A stretch of DNA of 64,000 nt from Candidatus Latescibacterota bacterium (GCA_965223905.1 CBDCXV010000010.1:1536001-1600000), one strand, 5' to 3'; positions 10,369 through 20,377 are shown, counted from the stretch's first letter. The notes: generated by a model not told the origin, from the letters alone. Translations and numbers: made by a program.

Positions 10369-11079
10369 TCAGGCGTGCTGAGTGACTTCGTGCCTGAACA
10401 TGCCTGCGACCCATCGATAGATGCCGCTGGCCATGTAGACCAGAGTCAACGGAAAGAAGAAGCCCTTCGATGTGCTGGGATAGATGACGAGAGCGACCGA
10501 GCCCAGGAAGAACAGCTGCCTGAAACGATCGCCGAAGGAGGAGGAACGGAAGCTGGGGACCTTGTCGAAGGCGAGGCGGCTGATCATCAGGTAGCCGAGG
10601 GACAGCACCAGCAGGGCGGCGAGAACGGCGGCGTGCCTGGTTTCCCAGGCGTGCTGGGTGAACACGACGTACTGGGTCAGGACGATGGCCGCACCGGGAA
10701 TCGGCATCCCCATGAACAGGTCCGTCTTTTCATCCTTGTGGCTCAGCACGTTGAAGCGGGCGAGCCGGAGGGCGCCGCAGAGCAGGAACAGAAAGGAAAG
10801 GACCAACCCCCAGGGGGAACTCAGCACGCTCAGGTAAATCATTGTGGCCGGAACCACTCCGAAGGTGCACAGGTCGACGAGGGAATCGAATTCGATTCCA
10901 AATGAGGTGTCCTTGCCGACGAAGCGGGCGATGCGTCCGTCCATGGCATCGAGGGCGGCTCCGAGCACGACCAGCCAGGCCGCGGGAACGTAGCGGCCCT
11001 CGATCACGTACTGCAGGGCCAGAAAAGCGCAGAACAGATTGCCGACGGTGAACATGTTGGGAAGCAGCAGTCGGTACAT
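10369..11079 (-). CDS. pssA: CDP-diacylglycerol--serine O-phosphatidyltransferase
   Basis: PNMFTVGN, DAMDGRIAR..FGIEFDSLVD, LRLARFN. Confidence 0.93.
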   Translation of the reverse strand: MYRLLLPNMFTVGNLFCAFLALQYVIEGRYVPAAWLVVLGAALDAMDGRIARFVGKDTSFGIEFDSLVDLCTFGVVPATMIYLSVLSSPWGLVLSFLFLLCGALRLARFNVLSHKDEKTDLFMGMPIPGAAIVLTQYVVFTQHAWETRHAAVLAALLVLSLGYLMISRLAFDKVPSFRSSSFGDRFRQLFFLGSVALVIYPSTSKGFFFPLTLVYMASGIYRWVAGMFRHEVTQHA

Positions 11080-11711
11080 CACTCGCACACCCCTATGATG
11101 GTCTCTCCCGCCCGGACGCGGTCACCCACCTCGACGGTAATCCGCACCCTCTGCGGCAGTACGTGGTCGACCCGGGACCCGAAACGGATGAGCCCGAAGC
11201 GCTGCCCCAGGGCAACCTCGTCACCTTCCGACAGGTAACAGGCGATGCGCCGGGCAAGGACGCCGACGATCTGCTTGACGACGAGCCGGGTGGCCCCATT
11301 GCTGATCCCGATGACGCTCTGCTGGTTCTTCGAGGACGCGTCCGGCCGGTAAGCGGCCTGGAACCCGCCTCGAACACGGGTGACGAAATCGACCGTGCCC
11401 TCGATGGGAACCCGGTTGACGTGGACGTCGAGGGGAGACAGGAAAACGGAGATGCGCGTGCCGAGGCCGTCGAGGTATTCCTCTTCGACGGGCTGTATCT
11501 CCACGACTTTGCCGTCGGCTGCAGAGACCACGGCGCCGGCCTGCTGCGGGGGGTTGCGCAGCGGATCGCGGAAAAAGAAGGCCATGAAACAGGCGAGCAC
11601 CCCGAAGAGGATGACGCCGTATTGAATGAAGGGAACGACCTGTGCCGCGGCCCAGCAGGCCAGTGCCACCCCGATGGCGCCGGCGACGAACGGCCACCCT
11701 TCGCGCGCCAC
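11079..11711 (-). CDS. psd: Phosphatidylserine decarboxylase
   Basis: FFRDP, SAADG, VFLSPLDVHVNR, RFGSRVD; adjacent to pssA. Confidence 0.93.
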   Translation of the reverse strand: MAREGWPFVAGAIGVALACWAAAQVVPFIQYGVILFGVLACFMAFFFRDPLRNPPQQAGAVVSAADGKVVEIQPVEEEYLDGLGTRISVFLSPLDVHVNRVPIEGTVDFVTRVRGGFQAAYRPDASSKNQQSVIGISNGATRLVVKQIVGVLARRIACYLSEGDEVALGQRFGLIRFGSRVDHVLPQRVRITVEVGDRVRAGETIIGVCE

Positions 11712-11712
11712 G

Positions 11713-12855
11713 TCAATCCCACCTGCGAGGGGAGCGCGGGTGCTCTTCGACTCCGAATGAAACCGGGACGAGGCGGCCGTTCTGGAGGAGATCGAGGTGG
11801 CAGGTTTCGCCGACCCGGAGACCTTCCAGGACTCCCTTGACTGCTTCGGCGCTTTCGAGGTAGTCGCCGTTTACCCTGACGATGACGTCGCCGCGCTCTA
11901 GGTCGGCCTCGTACGCCGGGCTGCCGGTGGCGACCGAGACGACCAGGGCTCCGTCGGTGTCCGGAAGATCGAGGTATTCTGCCAGGCGGGGGGTCAAGTT
12001 CTGCAGCTCGAGGATGCCCGTCCAGGGCCGGCGCACCCGCCCGTGAGTGGCGATCTCGTCGAGAAAGCGGCGGGCGTAGTTGATGGGAATGGCAAATCCG
12101 ATGCCGATCGAGCCGATGTCGTACTCATTTGCGGTATAGATGAAACTGTTGATCCCGATGACCTCGCCGTGGGCATTGGCGAGCGGGCCGCCACTGTTCC
12201 CCGGGTTGATCGAAGCGTCGGTCTGGATCATGTCGCGGTAGTAGTAGTCGCCCTGCGGCTCGGGAAAGTCGAGATCCAGGGCGGAGACGACTCCGGCGCT
12301 CACGGCAGGTCCGAGGTCGAAAGGATTGCCGATCGCAATCGCCCACTCGCCGACCAAAATATCGTCGGAATCACCGAGGTCTGCAACGGGAAGGTCGTCG
12401 GCGTCCACCTTCAGGACCGCCAGGTCTATCGTAAAATCTGAACCTATGTACCGGGCCGGGAGCGAGCGGCCGTCGGGAAGGGAGACCTCGATCTTCGGGG
12501 CGATTCGGCTCCTGCTCCTGCCGATGACGTGGTCGTTGGTCAGCACGTGTCCGTTTGCCGTTACGACCAGCCCGGAACCGCCGGAGATGCGGTCCCGAGA
12601 TCCGCGGTAGAGGTATAAATCCTTCCGAGAGAACGGGAAGAAGAAGTCGCGGAAGGGATCCCGGTACCGGTAGTAAACCGGCTCGGTATGGATCACGTGG
12701 ATGCTGGCGACCGAGGGCTTCACCCGTTCCGCCGCCCTAACGATGGCGGTTCGCCGCGATTCCTCCAGATCTCCCGCAGCTTCGGAGTGGAGGGAAAAAA
12801 GGAGGAGAAAAAGGGTGAAACAGCGGCGTGAAGCGAGGGGGGGAAGAGTGCTCAT
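11713..12855 (-). CDS. HtrA/DegP-like serine protease with PDZ domain
   Basis: LTNDHV, DLAVLK, QTDASINPGNSGGPL; C-terminal PDZ. Confidence 0.93.
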   Translation of the reverse strand: MSTLPPLASRRCFTLFLLLFSLHSEAAGDLEESRRTAIVRAAERVKPSVASIHVIHTEPVYYRYRDPFRDFFFPFSRKDLYLYRGSRDRISGGSGLVVTANGHVLTNDHVIGRSRSRIAPKIEVSLPDGRSLPARYIGSDFTIDLAVLKVDADDLPVADLGDSDDILVGEWAIAIGNPFDLGPAVSAGVVSALDLDFPEPQGDYYYRDMIQTDASINPGNSGGPLANAHGEVIGINSFIYTANEYDIGSIGIGFAIPINYARRFLDEIATHGRVRRPWTGILELQNLTPRLAEYLDLPDTDGALVVSVATGSPAYEADLERGDVIVRVNGDYLESAEAVKGVLEGLRVGETCHLDLLQNGRLVPVSFGVEEHPRSPRRWD

Positions 12856-12883
12856 GTTATGTAAGTGTCGTAATAATAGTATT

Positions 12884-13678
12884 TTACGAAGGTATCCTCA
12901 AGGGGGGCGGGCTTTCCTCAGGGTAGTTCACTGCCAGCAGGCAAAGTCCCCTGGCCGGTGCCGTGGGCCCGGCCAGCTGCCGCACCTCATAGCGCTCCCC
13001 ACCCCCTTCGACATCCCCCCGCAGAGAGGGGGACAGGTCGGGGCCCCGCTTTCCGAGGCCGATTTCCACCAGGGTGCCCACGATGATGCGGACCATGTGG
13101 CGCAGAAACCGGTTCGCCTCGACTTCAAAACGCATCTCGGGGCCTTTGCGTTCCCACCCGCAATCGAGCACGGTGCAGGTGAAGCTGTCGGGAACCGGGT
13201 GCTGGTTGCAGAAGGCGCGGAAATCGTGGGTCCCGGCCAAGCCGGATGCCGCCTCGGCCATGAGGTCGAAATCGAGGCGGCGCCGGAAGGTCCACACCCA
13301 ACGGCGCTCGAGCGCGGTCTTGCGGGTGGCGATGCGATAACGGTAGCGCTTGCTGACGGCGCTGTAGCGGGCGTGGAAATCCGCGGCAGCCTCGGCAGCG
13401 GACCTTATCGAGATGTCCGCGGGCAGGAGGCTGTTGAGGGCGCGGCAGATCCGGTCGGGAGGGAGGTCCGTCCCGGTTCTGAAATGGGCGACCTGCCCCA
13501 GGGCATGGGTACCGGCATCGGTGCGTCCCGACCCGACCGGGGTCACCGGTTCCTGCAGGAGCTCGCGCAGGGCCCGGGCGAGCTCTCCCTGAACGGTGCG
13601 GCCGCGGGCCTGGATCTGCCAGCCGAGGAAATCGGTACCGTCGTACTCGAGGTCGAGGCGGATGGTGCGGGAGCTCAC
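12884..13678 (-). CDS. truA: tRNA pseudouridine(38-40) synthase
   Basis: YDGTDFLGWQ, GRTDAGTHA, FHARYSA, FLRHMVR, APARGL; GTG start overlapping the ecfT stop. Confidence 0.94.
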   Translation of the reverse strand: MSSRTIRLDLEYDGTDFLGWQIQARGRTVQGELARALRELLQEPVTPVGSGRTDAGTHALGQVAHFRTGTDLPPDRICRALNSLLPADISIRSAAEAAADFHARYSAVSKRYRYRIATRKTALERRWVWTFRRRLDFDLMAEAASGLAGTHDFRAFCNQHPVPDSFTCTVLDCGWERKGPEMRFEVEANRFLRHMVRIIVGTLVEIGLGKRGPDLSPSLRGDVEGGGERYEVRQLAGPTAPARGLCLLAVNYPEESPPPLRIPS

Positions 13679-14496
13679 GGGGCCAGGAACGGTCGCAGCG
13701 AGTGAGCGACCATGAGGGCCGCGGCCGAGACGACGACGGCTGCCGCGGCCAGGTCGGCCCTGGAAAAGGAGAGCTCGCGAAAACTCGTGCGGCCTTCGCC
13801 CCCCTGGTAACAGCGGCTCTCCATGGCGACCGCCAGGCGGTCGGCGCGGTCGAAGGCCGACAGGAACAGCGGCACCAGAAGTGGCACCATCTGTCGTGCC
13901 CGCCTCAACAGGCCCCCGCCGAAATCCGCCCCGCGCGCCAGCTGCGCCTTCCTGATGCGCTCCGCCTCCTCGGCGAGCACCGGGATGAAGCGCAGGGCGA
14001 TGGCGATCATCATGGCGAACTCGTGGGCCGGGAAACCGATGCGCTGCAAGGGGCGGAGCATGCGCTCGAGGCCGTCGGTCAACGCCAGGGGCGGGGTCGT
14101 CAGGGTCATCAGGGCGGCGACGGTGACCATCGTCGCCAGACGCCAGCAGAACAGCAGTCCGAAGCGCAGCCCCTCCTGCGACACCGACCACTGCAGTCCG
14201 GGGATGTGAACCAGGACCCGCCCGGGGGTCATCAGGGCGTGCAGGATGACGGTGAAGGCGAACAGCCACAGGAACGGTTTCAGGTTCGCGAGCAGGGTGG
14301 TCGCCGGTATTTTCGCCAGCCGGATCGCCAGAACCAGGAAGGCAGTGAAAAGAATCAGCGGCAGGGCGGCGTCCAGGGTCAGGGCGGAGGTCATCAGCAG
14401 GAGGGCCGACAGGAGCTTGGTGCGCGGGTCGAGGCGGTGCACTACCGAATCGGTGTCGACGTACTTGCCGAGGGCGATGTTGCTCAGGATTCTCAA
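13675..14496 (-). CDS. ecfT: ECF transporter transmembrane component
   Basis: HRLDPRTKL, IALRFIPVL, AQLARG, AMESRCY; start uncertain. Confidence 0.9.
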   Translation of the reverse strand: MRILSNIALGKYVDTDSVVHRLDPRTKLLSALLLMTSALTLDAALPLILFTAFLVLAIRLAKIPATTLLANLKPFLWLFAFTVILHALMTPGRVLVHIPGLQWSVSQEGLRFGLLFCWRLATMVTVAALMTLTTPPLALTDGLERMLRPLQRIGFPAHEFAMMIAIALRFIPVLAEEAERIRKAQLARGADFGGGLLRRARQMVPLLVPLFLSAFDRADRLAVAMESRCYQGGEGRTSFRELSFSRADLAAAAVVVSAAALMVAHSLRPFLAP

Positions 14497-14527
14497 GGCC
14501 TGCCCGCGGACTCCCGCATCCGGTCCC

Positions 14528-15445
14528 TCAAGGGCGCGGATGATAGCTGCGGTGGACCTCGAGGAGCCGGTGGTCCGGGCGCTTGGCGTAGACCTGGGTC
14601 GAGGTAATCCGGGCATGGCCGAGCAGCAGCTGGACATCCTGCAGCGGCGCCCCTCCGTCGAGGAGATGGCTGGCGAAGCTGTGGCGCAGCACCCCGGGGC
14701 TGACGCGGCCGGTTATTCCGGCTGCATCGGCCGCGGCGCGGAGGATTTTCCACACCCCCATCCGCGACAGCCGCCTCCCTGCCGAGTTGACGAAGAACGC
14801 GGGATGGTCGGTACCGGTCACCAGGCCGGGACGCCCCTGTTCTTCGTAGCGGCGCAGGGCGAGGACCGCCTGCCGTCCGAGAGGAACGGCGCGGGGATTC
14901 CCGCCGGCGCGGACGCGGACCAGGGCCTCGTCGAGCTGCAGCCAGGAGCGCTCCAGAGCGATCAGCTCCGATACCCTCAGCCCCGAGGCGTAGAGGAGCT
15001 CGAGGATGGCGCGGTTTCTCAGCTCGAGAGGGGTGTCGCCGGCGATGCCGTTCAGGAGGCGCTCCACCTCTTCCACCGGCAGCACCTCCGGTGAGCCGCG
15101 TTCGGCTTCGGGGGCCTCGAGATCTTCCGTCGGATCGGACCGGCACACCCCCTCGAGCAGGAGAAAGCGATGGAAACCCCGGATACAGCTGAGGTTGCGG
15201 GCAACCGTGGCGGGGCTGAACCCGGCGTCGACGAGCTGGCCGAGGGTGCGACGCAACAGCTCCCCTGTGACCGATTGGAGATCGGTCACCCCCCTGCGGT
15301 GGAGACCTGCCAGATACCGCTCCAGGTCGCCCCGGTACGCCGATCTGGTGCCGGGGGAGAGATGCTGTCGATCGAGGAACTGCGCCAGCATGTTCTCGAA
15401 CGGCGGGGGAACTTCGCTGCCTGTCGCCGCTGCCGGCCTGTTCAT
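14528..15445 (-). CDS. xerD: XerD-like tyrosine recombinase (atypical catalytic residues)
   Basis: RNRAILELLYASGLRVSEL, LRHSFASHLL, LLGHARITSTQVY; N-terminal SAM-like domain. Confidence 0.85.
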   Translation of the reverse strand: MNRPAAATGSEVPPPFENMLAQFLDRQHLSPGTRSAYRGDLERYLAGLHRRGVTDLQSVTGELLRRTLGQLVDAGFSPATVARNLSCIRGFHRFLLLEGVCRSDPTEDLEAPEAERGSPEVLPVEEVERLLNGIAGDTPLELRNRAILELLYASGLRVSELIALERSWLQLDEALVRVRAGGNPRAVPLGRQAVLALRRYEEQGRPGLVTGTDHPAFFVNSAGRRLSRMGVWKILRAAADAAGITGRVSPGVLRHSFASHLLDGGAPLQDVQLLLGHARITSTQVYAKRPDHRLLEVHRSYHPRP

Positions 15446-17304
15446 GCCCGACCCTCCGCCGCTTCCGCGCCGCCGCCGGCACCGCTGTGTAGATGGGACT
15501 TGAGATCCTGCGCGAGCTTGAGGCTGAACCCCTTGACATCGGCGATCTGGTCGACCTCTGCGTCGACGACCCGCTGCACCGAGCCGAACCTCTGCAGCAG
15601 CGCGGTCCGGCGTTTGGGGCCAATGCCCGGGATTCGATCCAGCGCCGAGGTCAGGGTGCGTTTGCCGCGAAGCTTGCGGTGATAGGCCAGGGCGAAGCGG
15701 TGGGCTTCGTCCCTGAGCACCTGCAGCAGCCGCAGGCTGGCAGAGGTCCTGGGCAGGAGGAGGCTGTCGCCGGCGCCGGGCAGGAACACCTCCTCGAGCC
15801 GCTTGGCGAGGCCGACCACCGGCTGATCGGCGAGCCCCAGCTGCCGCAACGCCTCCACGGCACTGGACAGTTGTCCCATGCCGCCGTCGATCATCAGGAG
15901 ATCCGGGAGTTCCTCTCCCCTTTCCGCAAGGCCACGGAAGCGGCGCAGCACGACCTCGCGAACGCTGGCGAAATCGTCGGCCCCTTCCACTCCTTTCACC
16001 CTGAAGTGGCGGTATTCGCTGCGCCGGGGCTTGCCGTCCACCATGCAGACGACGGACCCGACGCTGTCGGTGCCCTGGAAGTTGGAGATGTCGACCCCCT
16101 CGATCCGGCGCGGGGGCCGCGGCAGGGCGAGGTCGCGCTGCAGGGAGGATACCGACTGCGGGATCTGGCCCTTGCGCAGCTCCCGCTTCAGTCTGCGCTC
16201 CTCGAGGAGATGCGCGGCGTTCTCGTCCGCCATCTCCTGCGCCCTGGCCTTGATGCCCCGCCGGCTCACGGCGAGACGCACCTTGCCGCCGGCCTTGGCC
16301 GACAACCATTCGGCGATCATGCCGGCATCTTCGACATCGACGCTGAGGTGGACCTGGCGCGGAATGAAGTCGGTCTGCAGGTAGAACTGGCGCACGAAGG
16401 CGGACATGATTTCGGCTTCGGAATGCTCGATGATACCGCTGAGGAAGTGGTGTTTCTGGCCGAGCAGGCGCCCTTCGCGGACCTCGAGAACCGCGCAGCA
16501 GGCGTCGTCGTCGCTGCGCGCCAGACCGATCACGTCGCGGTCGACGGCTTCGTCGTACACCACCTTTTGCCGCCGCTGCATCATTTGCAGCGCCCGCAGC
16601 TGGTCGCGGCAGCGGGCGGCTCCCTCGAAGAGCAGCTCCGCGGCGGCCTTCTCCATGCGCGCCTCGAACTCCTTGACGATCGAGGCGTTGTCCCCCTTGA
16701 GAAAGCGCACCGCCTGGTCGACGTGGCGCCGGTACTCGTCGCGGCCGGTCAGGCCCTCGCAGGGCCCCTCGCAACGCCGGATCTGGTATTCGAGGCAGAG
16801 CTTGACCTTGTCCGAGGGGAGCTGGAAATCGCAGCTCCTCACCGGGAAGATCTTGTGCATCACCTCGAGGGCGGTGTGCATGGCGCGCACGTTGCTGTAC
16901 GGCCCGAGGTAGCGCGACCCGTCCCGGACGAGGTCGCGGGTGGCGAAGATGCGCGGGAACTCCTCGTCGGTGATCCGGATGAAGGGGTACTTCTTGTCGT
17001 CCTTGAGGTGGACGTTGTAGCGCGGCCGGTGGGCCTTGATCTGGTTGGCCTCGAGAACGAGCGCCTCCTGCTCCGTCTCGGTGACTATGTAGTCGACGTC
17101 GGTTACCTTGCGCAGCAGGGCGGCGAGCCGGCGCCCGCCGTCGCCGGCGCCTTCCTGGAAATAGGAGCGCACGCGGCTGCGCAGGCTTTTCGCCTTTCCG
17201 ATGTACAGGTACCGCCCCTCGGCGTTCTTCATCAAGTAGACGCCGGGGCGGTTCGGGAGCGCGTCGAGCTTCAGACGCAGCTCCTGGGGCAACGAGGATT
17301 TCAT
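15442..17304 (-). CDS. uvrC: Excinuclease ABC subunit C
   Basis: PGVY..YIGKA, PRYNV, DISN, IDGG, RDEAHRFA, HhH. Confidence 0.97.
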   Translation of the reverse strand: MKSSLPQELRLKLDALPNRPGVYLMKNAEGRYLYIGKAKSLRSRVRSYFQEGAGDGGRRLAALLRKVTDVDYIVTETEQEALVLEANQIKAHRPRYNVHLKDDKKYPFIRITDEEFPRIFATRDLVRDGSRYLGPYSNVRAMHTALEVMHKIFPVRSCDFQLPSDKVKLCLEYQIRRCEGPCEGLTGRDEYRRHVDQAVRFLKGDNASIVKEFEARMEKAAAELLFEGAARCRDQLRALQMMQRRQKVVYDEAVDRDVIGLARSDDDACCAVLEVREGRLLGQKHHFLSGIIEHSEAEIMSAFVRQFYLQTDFIPRQVHLSVDVEDAGMIAEWLSAKAGGKVRLAVSRRGIKARAQEMADENAAHLLEERRLKRELRKGQIPQSVSSLQRDLALPRPPRRIEGVDISNFQGTDSVGSVVCMVDGKPRRSEYRHFRVKGVEGADDFASVREVVLRRFRGLAERGEELPDLLMIDGGMGQLSSAVEALRQLGLADQPVVGLAKRLEEVFLPGAGDSLLLPRTSASLRLLQVLRDEAHRFALAYHRKLRGKRTLTSALDRIPGIGPKRRTALLQRFGSVQRVVDAEVDQIADVKGFSLKLAQDLKSHLHSGAGGGAEAAEGRA

Positions 17305-17614
17305 GCGCTCCCCACGTCGATGACGGGCGTCGGACCAGTGGATCGCAATGGACTCTCGGGAATATAGATACCTGAAACCCGTACTCCACAGGCGGTCGTT
17401 ATACGGTCGCAAGGCGTTTCCGGCCTTGTACCGCGCCTTCCCCAGGTCCCGGAAAACCGCGGATCGCCGCCCCTCGGAGCGGATTCCCGTCATGTTGTCG
17501 ACTCGAATGGCCTCGGGGCAGTCCGGCGGCTGCCGGAGGTGCTCCGCCTGTCGGCGGCTGCCGTGCCCCGGCGAGGAAGGGGATAGGCAGTAAAGACAGG
17601 GCCGTCTTAACCTT

Positions 17615-18814
17615 TCAGCGAAAGACCTGCAGCAGGATCGTCTTGAGGTAGCGCCCCTCCGGAAAGGCGGGGTCGACCGGGTGGTCGGGGGGGTGCAGGT
17701 TGCAGGCCAGGACCCTGGCCTCCACCCGCGCCCCGGCCGCGGCGCGGCGCACGACCTGGAAGAACTCCTCCTGCGATATGCGGGTGGAGCAGGAGGAGGT
17801 CAGCAGGTAGCCGCCGTCGGCGACCAGCTTGATCGCGTTGCGGTTGAGCTTGATGTAGACGCCGGTGGCGGTTTTGACGTCGCGGCTGCGGCGCACGAGA
17901 GCGGGGGGGTCGAGGACGACCACGTCGAACCGGGGCCCGCGCTTTGACAGCTGCTCCAGCATCGGAAACAGGTCGGCGGCGACCTGGCAGTGGCGCGGGG
18001 AATCGCCGCGGTTGGCCTCGATGTTCCGCGCCGCGAGTGCGGCGGCGTCCCTGGCGATGTCGACGCTGACTACGGACCGGGCGCCCCCCTTGGCGGCGTG
18101 GGCGGCGAAGCCGCCGGTGTACCCGAAACAGTCGAGCGCTGAGCGGCTGGCGGCGTAGCGTCCGAGAAGCATCCGGTTGTCGCGCTGATCGAGGAAGAAG
18201 CCGGTCTTCTGCCCGCGGCGGACGTCGACAAACAGGCGTGCGGCCCCTTCACGGATCTCGATCAGCGGCGGCGGCTGCTCTCCCCGGAGATGGCCCGAGC
18301 GGCGATTCTTCAGGCCGTCGGCGCGCCGCGTGCCGACGTCGCTGCGCTCGTAGATCCCCCTGGGGTCGACCACCTCGGCGAGGACCTCGACGATATCGGA
18401 GCGCAGCAGCTCCATCCCCCAGGTGTGGAGCTGGACCACGAGGTAGCCGGCGTAGTCGTCGACGACGAGGCCCGGCAGGCCGTCGTTCTCCCCGTGGACG
18501 AGACGGACGGCGTCGGTGTTGGCCGCCAGCTCCGGGTTGCCGCGGCGCAGCAGGACCGAACGCCTGATGGCCCGGGTCAGAAAACCGCGGTCGATGGGGC
18601 AATCCCGGTCCCTGGTCAGCACGCGGACGGCGATGGTCGAGTGGGGGTTGTAGTAGCCGCGAGCGACGAACCGCGATCTGAAATCGTACACGTCGACGAT
18701 TTCCCCGGGAGCGACGGGTGGGGCCGCGGCCACGGCGCCGCTGTACACCCAGGGATGCCCCCTGATCAGCAGGCGTTCGCTGTTGCGGCGGAGCGTGACT
18801 TCCGGATAGCCCAT
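17615..18814 (-). CDS. RlmI-like class I SAM-dependent rRNA methyltransferase
   Basis: GHPWVYS PUA domain, DGLPGLVVD, GQKTGFFLDQRDNR, VVLDPP, EGRYLK. Confidence 0.9.
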   Translation of the reverse strand: MGYPEVTLRRNSERLLIRGHPWVYSGAVAAAPPVAPGEIVDVYDFRSRFVARGYYNPHSTIAVRVLTRDRDCPIDRGFLTRAIRRSVLLRRGNPELAANTDAVRLVHGENDGLPGLVVDDYAGYLVVQLHTWGMELLRSDIVEVLAEVVDPRGIYERSDVGTRRADGLKNRRSGHLRGEQPPPLIEIREGAARLFVDVRRGQKTGFFLDQRDNRMLLGRYAASRSALDCFGYTGGFAAHAAKGGARSVVSVDIARDAAALAARNIEANRGDSPRHCQVAADLFPMLEQLSKRGPRFDVVVLDPPALVRRSRDVKTATGVYIKLNRNAIKLVADGGYLLTSSCSTRISQEEFFQVVRRAAAGARVEARVLACNLHPPDHPVDPAFPEGRYLKTILLQVFR

Positions 18815-18949
18815 GGAAAGCTTGCTCGTGTCAATCGGACCAGAAGGACCGCGGGGAAGGGCGATCCGGATTGCGGGACTGCGGTTGAAGGGTCCGGTGC
18901 GCCAAGTGCCTGCGCGTGTAAGTAAGCGGCGAATTCACGCGCGCAGGCA

Positions 18950-20293
18950 CTAGTTGAGGTGGCGTTTCACCCGGTCCCTGGCGACGGCCAGCAGGCCGGC
19001 CTCCTCGACGCAGAAGATGCGGAAAATCTTCGCCTGGTCTTCGAAGTTGTCGAGGAGGGACTCCCGCAGCCTGGACACTTCGGGATCATCGAAAGCCAGC
19101 GGGTCCGCCTTGCCGCTGGGAGTCTCGTCGCCGTAGAAGACCTTGAGATCGACCTCGGGGCTCTTGTCGAAACGGGGAATGTCGATCAGGATTTCGCTGC
19201 CGTTCATTCGCCGGTTCAGGCGGTCGCCGAAGAGCCGGCTGAGCTCGATCTCCTTCAGTCGCCGCTTGTCGGGGTGCTGGTAGAGATCGTAGAGGTAGTG
19301 GAGAAGCCGCTGCTTGCGCTCTCCCGGGAAGATGAAGCTGGCCACCTTGTAGAGCCGGCGCTGCACGATCCCCTGCAAAAGAACGGCGGCGCCCTCGAGC
19401 CCGAGGCGCTCTTGCTCAGCCCTCAGCATCCGGATCAGCTCCCCTTCGGTAACGCCGTGGAAGTCGTCGTGCGCGATGCGGCAGTCGGGATGGACCAGGA
19501 CGTCCTGCAGGGAGCGCTTGAACATCGCCGTGGCCGCGCGCACGGTGTGGTGCCAGTAGACGTTCCGGTACATCTGGTAGTTGGTGAACACCAGCGACTC
19601 GACCGCGGAGACCCCCTTGCTGGTGATCGCCAGCCGCCGCCGCCGCGGGTCGTACTTGATCGCCGATATCAGCCGGTCCCTGTTGACGCTCTCCCCGAAG
19701 GGGACGCCGCAGAACAGGGAGTCGCGCAGCAGGTAGTCGACCTTGTCCGGATCGAGGGTGCCGCTGAGGATGTTCGCCAGCAGCAGGTCGCGGGCGGGGA
19801 TCTCGCGGTTCTTGGCCTTGTAGTCGATTGCGTTCGCCACCCTGCGCGGGTCGACGCCGACCTCCTCCCGCAGGACCTGGCTGACGCCGCCAGATTCGTC
19901 TTCAATGATCCGGCGGGCGTGCTTTTCGTGGTCGACGAAGAACGGCATCAGCTCTTCGAGGGTGTGCGAGAACGGATAGTGCCCGATGTCGTGGAGCAGC
20001 GTGGCCGCGAGAAAGACGCGCACGTCCTCATCGGCGAGCTCGAGGGGCGGCTCGGACCGGACCAGGCGGGCGAGGAACTGCTTGGCGAGGTGGTAGACCC
20101 CGAGGGAGTGCTCGAAGCGGGAGTGGCGCGCTCCCGGGTAGACGAGGTGGACGAACCCGAGCTGGGTGATGTTGCGCAGGCGCTGGAACTCCTCGGTGTC
20201 GATCAGGGCGAGGAGCGGCTCGGGAGTGTGGATGTACCCCCAAACCGGGTCGCGGATGGCTTTGCCCTCTTCTTCCAGCCAAGGATGTCGCAT
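18950..20293 (-). CDS. HD-domain phosphohydrolase (dNTP triphosphohydrolase-like)
   Basis: IRDPVWG, FQRLR..QLG, HSRFEHSLG, LLHDIGHYPFSH, DKVDYLLRD, VYWHHT. Confidence 0.9.
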   Translation of the reverse strand: MRHPWLEEEGKAIRDPVWGYIHTPEPLLALIDTEEFQRLRNITQLGFVHLVYPGARHSRFEHSLGVYHLAKQFLARLVRSEPPLELADEDVRVFLAATLLHDIGHYPFSHTLEELMPFFVDHEKHARRIIEDESGGVSQVLREEVGVDPRRVANAIDYKAKNREIPARDLLLANILSGTLDPDKVDYLLRDSLFCGVPFGESVNRDRLISAIKYDPRRRRLAITSKGVSAVESLVFTNYQMYRNVYWHHTVRAATAMFKRSLQDVLVHPDCRIAHDDFHGVTEGELIRMLRAEQERLGLEGAAVLLQGIVQRRLYKVASFIFPGERKQRLLHYLYDLYQHPDKRRLKEIELSRLFGDRLNRRMNGSEILIDIPRFDKSPEVDLKVFYGDETPSGKADPLAFDDPEVSRLRESLLDNFEDQAKIFRIFCVEEAGLLAVARDRVKRHLN

Positions 20294-20300
20294 CGGGCGC

Positions 20301-20329
20301 AATCTACCGGGCCGCCATAACCCTGTCAA
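20301..20329 (-). promoter_or_regulatory. Sigma70 promoter of the HD gene (probably leaderless)
   Basis: Minus strand TTGACA (20329-20324)-N17-TAGATT (20306-20301), 7 nt before the ATG at 20293. Confidence 0.65.
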
Positions 20330-20335
20330 CGGAGA

Positions 20336-20364
20336 TTGACAGGTGCCCTGACAGCTCGTAAGTT
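20336..20364 (+). promoter_or_regulatory. Sigma70 promoter of the ndk-fab operon
   Basis: TTGACA-N17-TAAGTT. Confidence 0.7.
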
Positions 20365-20377
20365 GAACGACTTGCCC

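Noticed and set aside
14528-15445. Tyrosine recombinase as an integron or prophage integrase
   Set aside because: It sits in a housekeeping operon, lacks the IntI-specific insertion, and has no attC cassettes or phage genes nearby.
14528-17389. 953-aa ORF and other long overlapping or antisense ORFs (e.g. 29667-31679, 45385-47385, 53263-55344)
   Set aside because: These are Arg/Pro/Gly-rich shadow frames typical of high-GC DNA overlapping well-supported genes; only the C-terminal 305 aa of the 953-aa ORF (XerD) is real.
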